A DNA stretch of 62,981 nt, counting the filler, from Octopus bimaculoides (lineage: Eukaryota), in the NCBI RefSeq assembly GCF_001194135.2. It is 5 parts of 5 records of this genome, joined end to end, with 100 filler letters (N's around TTAATTAATTAA, not from the genome) between each part and the next. Parts side by side here need not be neighbours in the genome. Positions count along the whole stretch, not along the records: positions 39,063 to 54,527 come from NC_068981.1; positions 54,628 to 57,077 come from NC_068987.1; positions 57,178 to 62,981 come from NW_026334174.1; 2 more parts are not named here. One strand, written 5' to 3'. Positions 49,190 to 60,100 of this stretch are shown one piece after another. Position numbers and translations under genes: made by a program. Within the stretch, counting starts at the first letter, position 1; each line of letters opens with the position of its first letter. The notes under the pieces are model-generated. The model saw only the letters and a list, made by a program, of their open reading frames with translations, did not search any database and was not told the origin of the DNA.

Positions 49190-49650
49190 GTTTTTATTCT
49201 TTTATTTGTTTCAGTCATTTGACTGCGGCCATGTTGGAACACCGCCAGGACTTATTCTTTGTAAGCCTAGTCCTTATTCTATCGGTCTCTTTTTGCCAAA
49301 CCGCTAAGTTACGGGGACGTAAACATACCAACATCGGTTGTCAAGTGATGGTCGGAGGACGAACACAAACACACAAACATACACGCGCACACACACACAC
49401 ACACNNNNNNNNNNNNNNNNNNNNNNNNNNNNNNNNNNNNNNNNNNNNNNNNNNNNNNNNNNNNNNNNNNNNNNNNNNNNNNNNNNNNNNNNNNNNNNNN
49501 NNNNNNNNNNNNNNNNNNNNNNNNNNNNNNNNNNNNNNNNNNNNNNNNNNNNNNNNCAGTAGAAGACACTTGCCCAAGGTACCACGCAGTGGGACTGAAC
49601 CCAGAACCATGTGGTTGATAAGCAAGCTACTTATCATACAGCCACTCCTG
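49190..49650 (-). mobile_element. SINE family B (gap at its internal tract), apparently nested inside an old SINE A (head 49128-49190, body 49652-49805)
   Basis: Both halves match 23203-23600; the flanks match successive parts of family A. Confidence 0.88.
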
Positions 49651-50399
49651 CGAGGTCAAATTTATCTTTAGTATTTATTTCGGTGCTTTACTTCTCTCTG
49701 AGACTAAATTCGCCGAGGTCAGATTTGTCTTCCATCCATCCAGAGTTGATGAAATAAAGTACCTGTCATGTACTGGAGTCGATAAATTGACTTTCTCCCT
49801 CCAAAAAACGATAGCCTTGACTTTAACAGAGGCAGTTTTCGATTAAAAATAACCATCTGTATATAATACTTAGTGCAAATATATCGTTGAAGAGCAATTT
49901 TCTATAGTATTTGTCCGGCTATAACATATCATATGCATGTACTGTGTTTAAAAACAAAATCTGTATATCAGACGGTAATGAAAATCGTCTCAATGGCGTG
50001 TACTTACAGCCAGCTCCATGCTGCAAGGATATTTGTTGCTTGCAGTATATAGGAAACAGCGAATAAAATATCCTCTTCACTATTCCTCTACTGCACATAC
50101 TACTGCGCATCTGCTCCTCCAAGCTAATTCCACGCAAGATCAGAAGTTGCAATCGCATCTCCTTTCACTATCCCCTCTCAGATTAACACGATCTTTTATA
50201 TCCAGTATACCAAACGTCTACATTATTCTTCTCACAGGCATATACCACTCTCTGCAATCTCAGGCTTACACATGTTCAAGCTGAACATCAACGGCATCAA
50301 TCTAATCAATATGGGGAAACCTTAGCATTAACTGCATTTTGCTGTTAGAATAAAACGGAGATTCATTCGGAGAAAATGTGCGACGGAGAAATCACAGTA

Positions 50400-50690
50400 T
50401 CACCATACCGACAAGACTATCGGATGTTATTATACACAGCTGGACACAATGCACTTCCAATCCTTTCATGACTGTGCCCTTCTTTTCCATCTTGGCTCAA
50501 AATCGTTTAACTAAGTCAACTTCTAGTGTCGTCGAGACCTCTTGGATACGCTCGGCAATTGCACGGGTCTGCTTGTTGGCTGTAAACCTTGCGACGTATC
50601 CGGCCCAGCGGAAATTTGTGCTTTCGGTATTCTACGATCAGGTCGAAATTTGATACTGACGAATCGGTATTTAGTTGTGGATGTATCAGT
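50400..50690 (-). mobile_element. RTE-clade LINE C-terminal fragment (second RTE family)
   Basis: IVEYRKHKFRWAGYVARFTANKQTRAIAE...KRFEPRWKRRAQS*KDWK. Confidence 0.8.
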
Positions 50691-50985
50691 TCGTTTATAA
50701 TTGATCTAATTTGAGCGAATGAATGTAACGGATTCTACGGATATCTTCCATCAATGGATGACATTGATTAAGAAAAGGCAAAGATCAAAAACAGACAATC
50801 GACGCATAACAATCTATTTTCTCTTCATGAAAAATACATAACTTATCATGGATGGGATAGAGTTGGCTTGTAACTAAATCAAGAATGTCTTTTCTGATTG
50901 ACATTATAAAGTGATTCGCAGACTAGAAAGAGAATGAGGAAAGACTTCGTTATGAATATAGCAGAGGTGTGTACGTGTATGAACG

Positions 50986-51033
<48 letters not shown>

Positions 51034-51816
51034 AAGAAAAAGAGGAAGTGAGACAGAGATAAAGAGAAAAGGAGAGAGCGGGAGAAAAGAAGAAAATGGG
51101 TGAGAGAGATGGAGAGAGCGAAAGAGAGNNNNNNNNNNNNNNNNNNNNNNNNNNNNNNNNNNNNNNNNNNNNNNNNNNNNNNNNNNNNNNNNNNNNNNNN
51201 NNNNNNNNNNNNNNNNNNNNNNNNNNNNNNNNNNNNNNNNNNNNNNNNNNNNNNNNNNNNNNNNNNNNNNNNNNNNNNNNNNNNNNNNNNNNNNNNNNNN
51301 NNNNNNNNNNNNNNNNNNNNNNNNNNNNNNNNNNNNNNNNNNNNNNNNNNNNNNNNNNNNNNNNNNNNNNNNNNNNNNNNNNNNNNNNNNNNNNNNNNNN
51401 NNNNNNNNNNNNNNNNNNNNNNNNNNNNNNNNNNNNNNNNNNNNNNNNNNNNNNNNNNNNNNNNNNNNNNNNNNNNNNNNNNNNNNNNNNNNNNNNNNNN
51501 NNNNNNNNNNNNNNNNNNNNNNNNNNNNNNNNNNNNNNNNNNNNNNNNNNNNNNNNNNNNNNNNNNNNNNNNNNNNNNNNNNNNNNNNNNNNNNNNNNNN
51601 NNNNNNNNNNNNNNNNNNNNNNNNNNNNNNNNNNNNNNNNNNNNNNNNNNNNNNNNNNNNNNNNNNNNNNNNNNNNNNNNNNNNNNNNNNNNNNNNNNNN
51701 NNNNNNNNNNNNNNNNNNNNNNNNNNNNNNNNNNNNNNNNNNNNNNNNNNNNNNNNNNNNNNNNNNNNNNNNNNNNNNNNNNNNNNNNNNNNNNNNNNNN
51801 NNNNNNNNNNNNNNNN

Positions 51817-51851
<35 letters not shown>

Positions 51852-53294
51852 GCATAACATACATGTATACATATATATGTGTGTGTATGTATGTGCGTAG
51901 GTGTGAAGGCATTTAGCAACCGTTCGAGTTGTATACATCAATGTATCTCTCTCGCTCTCTCTTTTTCTCCTGCTCTCCATTACATATGTACATACAGAAA
52001 CTCATATGCCTATAATATGCGTTTGTATATCTGTATGTGTATATACATTCAGACATACATATACACACATTAATGTGTGTGTGTGTGTGTTTGTGTGTGT
52101 GTGTTTGTGTGTGTGTGCCTGTGTACGTGCTTATGTTTGAGTATTTGTGTTAATTAAACGTTTGCACACATATATTATTGGCTTAATTTAAGTATTTCTA
52201 AATGTCTAAAGACAGTTATTTCCAAGAAATTTTGGCAGATCATTTGTTATCTTTTGATTATTCGTTTCGTTTTAACGTTTAATTGCATCGCTACATTATT
52301 GATTCCAAGGCGAATAATAACTACTACGTCTGGCATCCTGCAGGCGTTTCGCACAGTCTTTGACGATGTAAACATTTTTACCATAATAACAGGTTATTTT
52401 ATAATCACTTGCACTAATTGCATCGAAGCTTTACCATTTCCAAATGAGAGGAAATGATTGCCCTTTTACTGTACTGGAACTAATTGTTTTTGCGTGCTTT
52501 TTCCCCCATTAAACTATATGCCAGTGACAACCCATACTTTTTCATCAAACGTTTCTTTTATGAAATAAAAGAATTTTTTTTAATTTAAAGAAAAATAATA
52601 ACCCATTTTAATTGTTTGTATATAAGAATATCTATTAATTACAGTAGATGTCTTGCCTGATAGCTTCTACATATCCAAAATAAGACAGAAATAAAACGAA
52701 AAAACGACCCTTCTCCTGTAAATATCTCAAGCCAACTGACATCAAAATAATTAAAGTAGCAGCAACAATATTTGATTGTACAGTGAACAAATCCTATGCT
52801 AATTCATACTTGCAGTTGGTTTGGTCGATTGATAATCCAACACTTAACCAAATGGACGCTGGTTCGTATTCTGTATCTTTCACCAATCTACATAACCCAC
52901 AACAGCCAGTTCTAAGTATACGTATGTATAGAAAGAGTGACAAGACTATATCGCTTCAAGTGGAGGCAATGCTGTGGATTTGTCAAGTGCATCGTTGCTC
53001 CTTATACTGAATTAAACGACGCTCAATGAAAAAGTTAACTCACGATTGACTAGCATCATATCTCGAGAAAGCTTTATGTCTCCATCGATAAACGTTTCAA
53101 GAGCCAAGGTAGAACACGGATTATGTCATTTATAATGACTCAGTGAGAATTAATAAGATTAACTTTATATTTCGACAATTCAGTGATTCAATGATTTTTT
53201 TAAATATCAATTTTGGATTTTCTCAATTTCTTATCTTAACCTGTGTAGTAAGACATTTCTGTTGATATTCACCATTCATAGAATGAACTTCACG

Positions 53295-53392
53295 TATGTA
53301 TGTATGTATGTATGTATGTATGTATGTATGTATGTATGTATGTATGTATGTATGTATGTATGTATGTATGTTTGTATGTGTGTGTGTGTGTG
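53295..53392. repeat. (GTAT)n microsatellite
   Basis: Direct reading. Confidence 0.97.
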
Positions 53393-53845
53393 CATGAAAC
53401 AAAGAGGGGTTAATAAAGGATATTAATCAAGGCGAAATACTTCTTAAGCTCTCTGCAGATAAAAATACATCAGGCTAACAAAAAGTGTTGTGATTGCTAT
53501 TGTACACCATGTAATCCGAAGTCAAATGCCGAAGTTGAAATCCATTTCCAGTCAAAATTGTAAATCTATGTTTGCATTACCCAGTTAAGATGGTATGTTT
53601 TTACAGAGTGATAGATAAAATAGACAGAAATAATGGATCATATACATTTATTTATTTGCTATAGGTTTACAGCTGTTTCAGATATTAATTTATGTGCATT
53701 CACTTTATTGGACTAGATTATAGAGAACAATACATGGTTCCAAACAACCATAACGGTGAAATGTACGTAGGAACAACTAATATAAACTTGTGTTTATTTT
53801 AATCTCTCTCTCTTTCTCTCTCTCTCACACACACAAACACACATA

Positions 53846-54002
53846 CTTTTATTCTTTTACTTCTTTCAGTCATTTGACTGCAGCCATGCCGGGGTGCCGC
53901 CTTCAAGGCTTTTAGTCGAACAAATTGACCCCAGGACTTTTTTAAACCCTTGCACTTATTCTATCGATGTCTTTTTTCCGAACCGCTAAGTTGTGGGGAT
54001 GT
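53846..54002 (-). mobile_element. SINE family B, 3' half
   Basis: TTTCAGTCATTTGACTGCAGCCATG...TTTAGTCGAACAAATTGACCCCAGGACTT...CCGAACCGCTAAGTT. Confidence 0.9.
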
Positions 54003-54186
54003 ATATATAACTACTGCTGAAGTTTCAGTAATCTACTTAACGGCAGCAGGGGGTAGGGGTTAAGGCCCTCCTAGGTCGTATAGAGAGCGCTGGAGAAGGA
54101 TCACATGTATAGGACCTACCCAAGGGCAGACCACCGCTAGTCTCGATATATATGTGCACACAACACAAAAATATATACGTACACGC

Positions 54187-54360
54187 CAGTGGCGTGCGGT
54201 GACGTGCGGGGTTGGGCATGCAATGAATTTCTCCCACCCCGGCAATTTTTCAGTAAATAAATTTTCGTATTCCTACAATTTACATATGGGAGATTCTGAA
54301 TATGCAATCACCCCCGTATGACCTAGAATAAGCAGGGAATAGAAAATGGCTCTGTAAAGA
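54187..54360 (+). mobile_element. Possible hAT-type DNA transposon left end
   Basis: Starts CAGTGGCGTGCGGTGA, resembling CAGTGGCG-type hAT TIRs. No right end seen before the linker. Confidence 0.35.
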
Positions 54361-54527
54361 TGAGCCTGAAATAAGTGTATTGTTTGTATTTTTCTCTCTA
54401 TTCGAAACGTCAGTACTTTCCCATCCTCACTCTCCCTTAAAAAGTCTAAAAATCATAAGTGAAATGTAATAAAGATGAAATTGAATTCTGTTAATATTTT
54501 TGCATATTCGGAATCTCTGTTAAAGGT

Positions 54528-54627
54528 NNNNNNNNNNNNNNNNNNNNNNNNNNNNNNNNNNNNNNNNNNNNTTAATTAATTAANNNNNNNNNNNNNNNNN
54601 NNNNNNNNNNNNNNNNNNNNNNNNNNN
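54528..54627. other. Artificial scaffold linker (44 N + TTAATTAATTAA + 44 N)
   Basis: Same construct as 25799-25898. Confidence 0.95.
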
Positions 54628-54907
54628 GAACACATGTTACAATGAAGTAGAGAAATTTGAAAAGACAACACGAAACCGGTTATTTCTCCAAATACAATGT
54701 TTATATACCAAAAAAAATTTTATAACATTTTTCTGACATAATTTAAATATATACTTTAACCATGTAACACAAGCCTTCTGTAGTTTTTTCACTCTTATTA
54801 TCTTTTATATATATATACATATACATATATATATGTATATGTATATTAGACAAAATGAGATAACAAAGCCAAGGCTGTGAGGAGTTATTTATTAAGAAAA
54901 AAGATAT

Positions 54908-54956
54908 AGTCTTGCAGCTGTTTCTGGGATATTATGAATATCCCTTCATCAGAGAT
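54908..54956 (-). ncRNA. Minimal type-I hammerhead ribozyme motif of the Penelope-associated type, probably inactive (U16.1 to C)
   Basis: Minus strand TCT-CTGATGA-A-GGGATATT-CAT-AATATCCC-A-GAAA-CAGCTG-CA-AGA. Confidence 0.7.
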
Positions 54957-55018
54957 GATGTGAGATGGTTACATACACACACAGACACATATATGTATGC
55001 TTGTATGCATATATATAT

Positions 55019-55251
55019 ACGTGTGTGTGTCTTTGTGTCTGTGTTTGTCCCCCCACCATCGCTTGGCAACTGATGTTGGTGTGTTAACGTTCCCGTAGCT
55101 TAACGGTTCGGCAAAAGTGAGCGATAGATTAACCACTAAGCTTACAAAGAATAAGTCTTGGGGGTCAATTTCTTCGACTAAAACCCCTTTAATGCGGTGC
55201 TCCAGTATGGCCACAGTCAAGTGACTGAAATGTCTAACAGAATAAAAGAAT
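55019..55251 (+). mobile_element. SINE family B, 3' half
   Basis: GTGTTTGTCCCCCCACCATCGCTTGGCAAC...GCGGTGCTCCAGTATGGCCACAGTCAAGTGACTGAAA. Confidence 0.9.
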
Positions 55252-55538
55252 ACTGTACGTCCTCTGGGATACAATATGTTTCCACGCGTTAAGTCTTCTT
55301 TAGTTTTTTCTTAATACCTGTTTCAGTCATTGGACTGCAGCCATACACACTATACATTGTATAGTATGTAGGAACGTAGTATCCAAAGTGTATGATGACA
55401 TGAATGATGCAGTCCTCTTGTCACAGGAGAAACTGCAGCTTGGGATGGGACAATCAAAGAACCCCACAAACCCAAGATTACTGTGACCACTAAAGGCACG
55501 TGCCCTCGCCCAATTTTTGTTCTCCATTCTGCAGACGC

Positions 55539-55588
<50 letters not shown>

Positions 55589-56619
55589 NNNNNNNNNNNN
55601 NNNNNNNNNNNNNNNNNNNNNNNNNNNNNNNNNNNNNNNNNNNNNNNNNNNNNNNNNNNNNNNNNNNNNNNNNNNNNNNNNNNNNNNNNNNNNNNNNNNN
55701 NNNNNNNNNNNNNNNNNNNNNNNNNNNNNNNNNNNNNNNNNNNNNNNNNNNNNNNNNNNNNNNNNNNNNNNNNNNNNNNNNNNNNNNNNNNNNNNNNNNN
55801 NNNNNNNNNNNNNNNNNNNNNNNNNNNNNNNNNNNNNNNNNNNNNNNNNNNNNNNNNNNNNNNNNNNNNNNNNNNNNNNNNNNNNNNNNNNNNNNNNNNN
55901 NNNNNNNNNNNNNNNNNNNNNNNNNNNNNNNNNNNNNNNNNNNNNNNNNNNNNNNNNNNNNNNNNNNNNNNNNNNNNNNNNNNNNNNNNNNNNNNNNNNN
56001 NNNNNNNNNNNNNNNNNNNNNNNNNNNNNNNNNNNNNNNNNNNNNNNNNNNNNNNNNNNNNNNNNNNNNNNNNNNNNNNNNNNNNNNNNNNNNNNNNNNN
56101 NNNNNNNNNNNNNNNNNNNNNNNNNNNNNNNNNNNNNNNNNNNNNNNNNNNNNNNNNNNNNNNNNNNNNNNNNNNNNNNNNNNNNNNNNNNNNNNNNNNN
56201 NNNNNNNNNNNNNNNNNNNNNNNNNNNNNNNNNNNNNNNNNNNNNNNNNNNNNNNNNNNNNNNNNNNNNNNNNNNNNNNNNNNNNNNNNNNNNNNNNNNN
56301 NNNNNNNNNNNNNNNNNNNNNNNNNNNNNNNNNNNNNNNNNNNNNNNNNNNNNNNNNNNNNNNNNNNNNNNNTTTACCATGGGTCGATTCCTGTGGGTTC
56401 TCTGAAGGCTGACCAGGCCTGCTCGACTCCCACAAACCACACACAAAAAAGCAACACTCTCTCATTCTCCACAAGTTCATCCCTTCTAAGTCTTCTAATC
56501 TTTTCGTGCTTCATTCTCTCTCCCTGAAACTTCCCAACAACCACTGAGCACTCTCTTTCTCTTTTCATCCGTCTCGAATCAACAACTGAAATTCCTGTCT
56601 TATTTCTTTACTGCCCACT

Positions 56620-56832
56620 AGGGGCTACACACAGAGGGGACAAACAAGGACAGACAAACGGATTAAGTCGATTACATCGACCACAGTGCGTAACTGGTAC
56701 TTATTTGATCGACCCCGAAAGGATCAAAGACAAAGTCGACCTCGGAGGAATTTTGAACTCAGAACGTAGCGGCAGATGAAATGCCGCTAAGCATTTCGCC
56801 CGGCGTGCCAACGATTCTGCCAGCTCACCACC
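56620..56832 (-). mobile_element. SINE family A, full length (tail type 1)
   Basis: Reverse complement aligns end to end with 43682-43915. Confidence 0.93.
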
Positions 56833-57013
56833 TTTTCCACATGCTGAACATCCTGTTGTGAACAATAGCCATGTCCCAATTTACCATGGGTCGATTCCTG
56901 TATGTATGTATATATGTATATATATGTATATAATGTATATATACACACACACACACATATATATACGTGTATATATATGGATGTGTATATACATATGTAT
57001 GTATGTATGTATT

Positions 57014-57047
<34 letters not shown>

Positions 57048-57077
57048 TATATGTATGCGTGTATATATATATATATA

Positions 57078-57177
57078 NNNNNNNNNNNNNNNNNNNNNNN
57101 NNNNNNNNNNNNNNNNNNNNNTTAATTAATTAANNNNNNNNNNNNNNNNNNNNNNNNNNNNNNNNNNNNNNNNNNNN
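57078..57177. other. Artificial scaffold linker (44 N + TTAATTAATTAA + 44 N)
   Basis: Same construct as 25799-25898. Confidence 0.95.
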
Positions 57178-60100
57178 CACCATTTGTACGTACTTACGTA
57201 TGTTCGTTCGCTAGTCCGTTCTTTCGTACGTACGTTCTTTCGTGCCTACGTACATACGTATGTACTTACGTTCGTTCATTCGTACTTACTTACGTTCGTT
57301 CATTCGCAAAACGAACTAACTAACGAACGAAAGAATGTAAGTGCGTACGAACGAACAAACGAACGTACGCACATACATCCGTACGTACGAACGAGCAAAC
57401 TAACGTACGTATGTACGAAAGCATGAACGAAAGTTCGTTAATTTTTTCGTTCCTTCACTTCGTTCGTTCTTTCGTTTGTTCGCACGTTCGTTCGTTCGTA
57501 CGTACGTTCGTCCGTTCATTCGTACTTACGTTCGTTCGTTCGTACGTACGTTCGTCCGTTCATTCGTACTTACGTTCGTTCGTTCATTCGTACTTACGAA
57601 TGTACGTACGTAACAAACGAATTTTCGTACGTACTTACGTTCGTTCATACTTACGTACCTACGAATGTACGTGTTTTCGTTCGTACGTACGTACGAAGGT
57701 ACGTATGTTCGTTCAAACGTACGTTCGTTTTGTCGTTCGTTCGTTCATACATTCGTATCTACTATTCTTCGTTCGACCGTTTGTTAGTTCGTTCGTACGT
57801 ACTTACGTATGTTCGTTCTTACGTACGTACGTATTATCTTTCTTCAGTTCGTTTTATCTTACGGTCGTTCGTTTTTACGTACGTTTGTTCGTTCGTATGT
57901 ACGTACATAAGTTCGCTCGTTCGTTCGTTCATTCGTACGTACGTACGTAAGTTCATTAGTTGGTTTGTTTGTTCGTACGTACGACCGTTCGTTCGTTCGT
58001 CCGTACGTTTGTTCGTTAATTCGATCGCTCGTTTCTTCGTTCGTTAGTTCCAGGAAATCATCGAATTTTCCTGGAAGTCGATCTGAAATCCTCGGAATTT
58101 TCATTCTTTTGTTCGTTCATTCGTTCTTACTTACGTACGTACCTGCGTTTGTTCGTTCGATGTACGTACGTACATTCATTCGTTAGTTTTTTCGTTCGTT
58201 CTATCTTACAGTCGTGCGTACGTACGTTCGTTCTTTCCTTCGTTAATTCGTACGTACGTAGGTTCGTTTGTACGTACGTATTTTCGTTCTTTCGTTCGTA
58301 CGTACGTACCTATGTACGTTTTTCATTCGTAGATACGTACCTTCATACGTACGTACGTTCGTTCGATAATTCAAACGTACGTTCGTTTGATCGTTCTTGC
58401 ATTCTTTTGTTCGTTCTATTGTTCGTCTGTTCGTTCGAACGTACGTTCGTATGCCTCCGTCCATACGTACGTTGGTTCGTTCGTACATACTTACCTACGT
58501 TCGATCATTCGTTCGTACGCACGTACGTACCTACGTTCGTTCATTCGTACATACGATCCTTCGTTCGTACGTTTGTACCTACGTTCGTTCTTTAGTTCGT
58601 GCGTTCGTACCTACGTACCTACTTTCGATCGTTCGTTCTTACGTACATACGTAGCATCGTTCGTTCTAACGTAATTTCGTACGTACGTTTGTTCTTTCCT
58701 TCACTCGTTCGTTCTTTCGCTCGTTCGTTCTTTCGTCCATTCGTACGTATGTATGTTCGTTCGTTCGTACGCACGTATTTTTGTTCTTTCGTTTGTTCAT
58801 TTCTTCGTTCTTTCATTCGTACTTACGGTCTTTCGTTTTTTCATGCCTACGTTCGTTCATTCGATCGATCGTTCTTTTGTTTGTATGTTTTTTCGATTGA
58901 TCTTTCGTTCGTTCAATTGTTTATTCGTTCGAACGTTCGTTCATTCTTGCGTAAGTATATCCGTACGTTCGTTCTTTTATTCGTTCGTTCCTAATTACGT
59001 ACATTCGTTCGTTCATACGTACGTATGTTCGTTCGTACGTACGTATGTTCGCTCGTTCGTTTGTTCTTTCTTTCGCTCGTTCGATCTTTCGCTCGTTCAT
59101 TCATTCGTTCGTTCTTTCGTACGTACGTATGTACGTACTTTCATTTGTTCGTTCGTTCGTACACACACGTGTACGTACATTCGTACTTATGTTCGTTCGA
59201 GCGTACGTACGAACAAACAAACGTGCGAACGAAAGTAGGTACTTACGAACGAACGTACGTAATAACGAACGAACGAATGTACATAATAACGAACGAAGTT
59301 CGTTAATACTGTCGTTCGTTCGATCTTACATTCCTACGTACCTTCTTACATACGTACATACGAACGAACGAGCGGAGGAACGTAAGTACGAATGAATAAA
59401 CGAAAGTACGTACTTACGTACGTTCGTTCATTTCACTCGTTCATTCGTTCGTTCTTTCGTACATACGTACGTTCGTTCATTTCACTCGTTCATTCGTTCG
59501 TTCTTTCGTACATACGTACGTTCGTTCTTTCGTTAACACGTTCTTTCATTCACTCGTTCGTTTATTTGTCGTACTTACGTTTGTTCGTTGGTACGTACGT
59601 TTTTCGTGACTCCGTCCATACGTACGTAGGTACGTTCGTACGTACCTACGTTCGCGCGTTCGTTCGTTCATACAAACGTACGTTCGTTTATTCGTTCATT
59701 CATTCGTACTTATTTACGTTCGTACGTACGTTCTTTCGTACGTACGTTTGTTTGACCGTATGTACGTTTGTTCATTCGTTTCGTCGTTCGTTCGTTTGTA
59801 CGTACGTACGTATGTACGGATTTTCGTTCATACGTACGTACCTTCTTTCATACGTACGTACGTTCGTTCGATCGTTCGTACGTACGTTCGATCATTCTTT
59901 AGTTCGTTCATTCGTACGTCGTTAGATTTTTCGATCGACCGTACGTTCTTTCGTGCCTCCGTCCATACGTACGTACGTACTTTCTTTCGTACGTACTTAC
60001 CTACGTTCGTACGCACGTACGTAAGTTCGTTCATTCTTTCATTCATTCGTACTTACGTTCGTTCGTACGTACGTACTTTCGTTCGTCCGTTCGTTCTGTC

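Noticed and set aside
368-56527. Dozens of long ORFs such as poly-X, (YI)n, (CV)n, (HT)n, (SL)n and poly-M/D/I
   Set aside because: Translations of microsatellites and N-gaps; no coding information.
25843-57133. TTAATTAATTAA islands inside gaps (25843, 39007, 54572, 57122)
   Set aside because: Identical artificial 100-bp linkers, not biological motifs.
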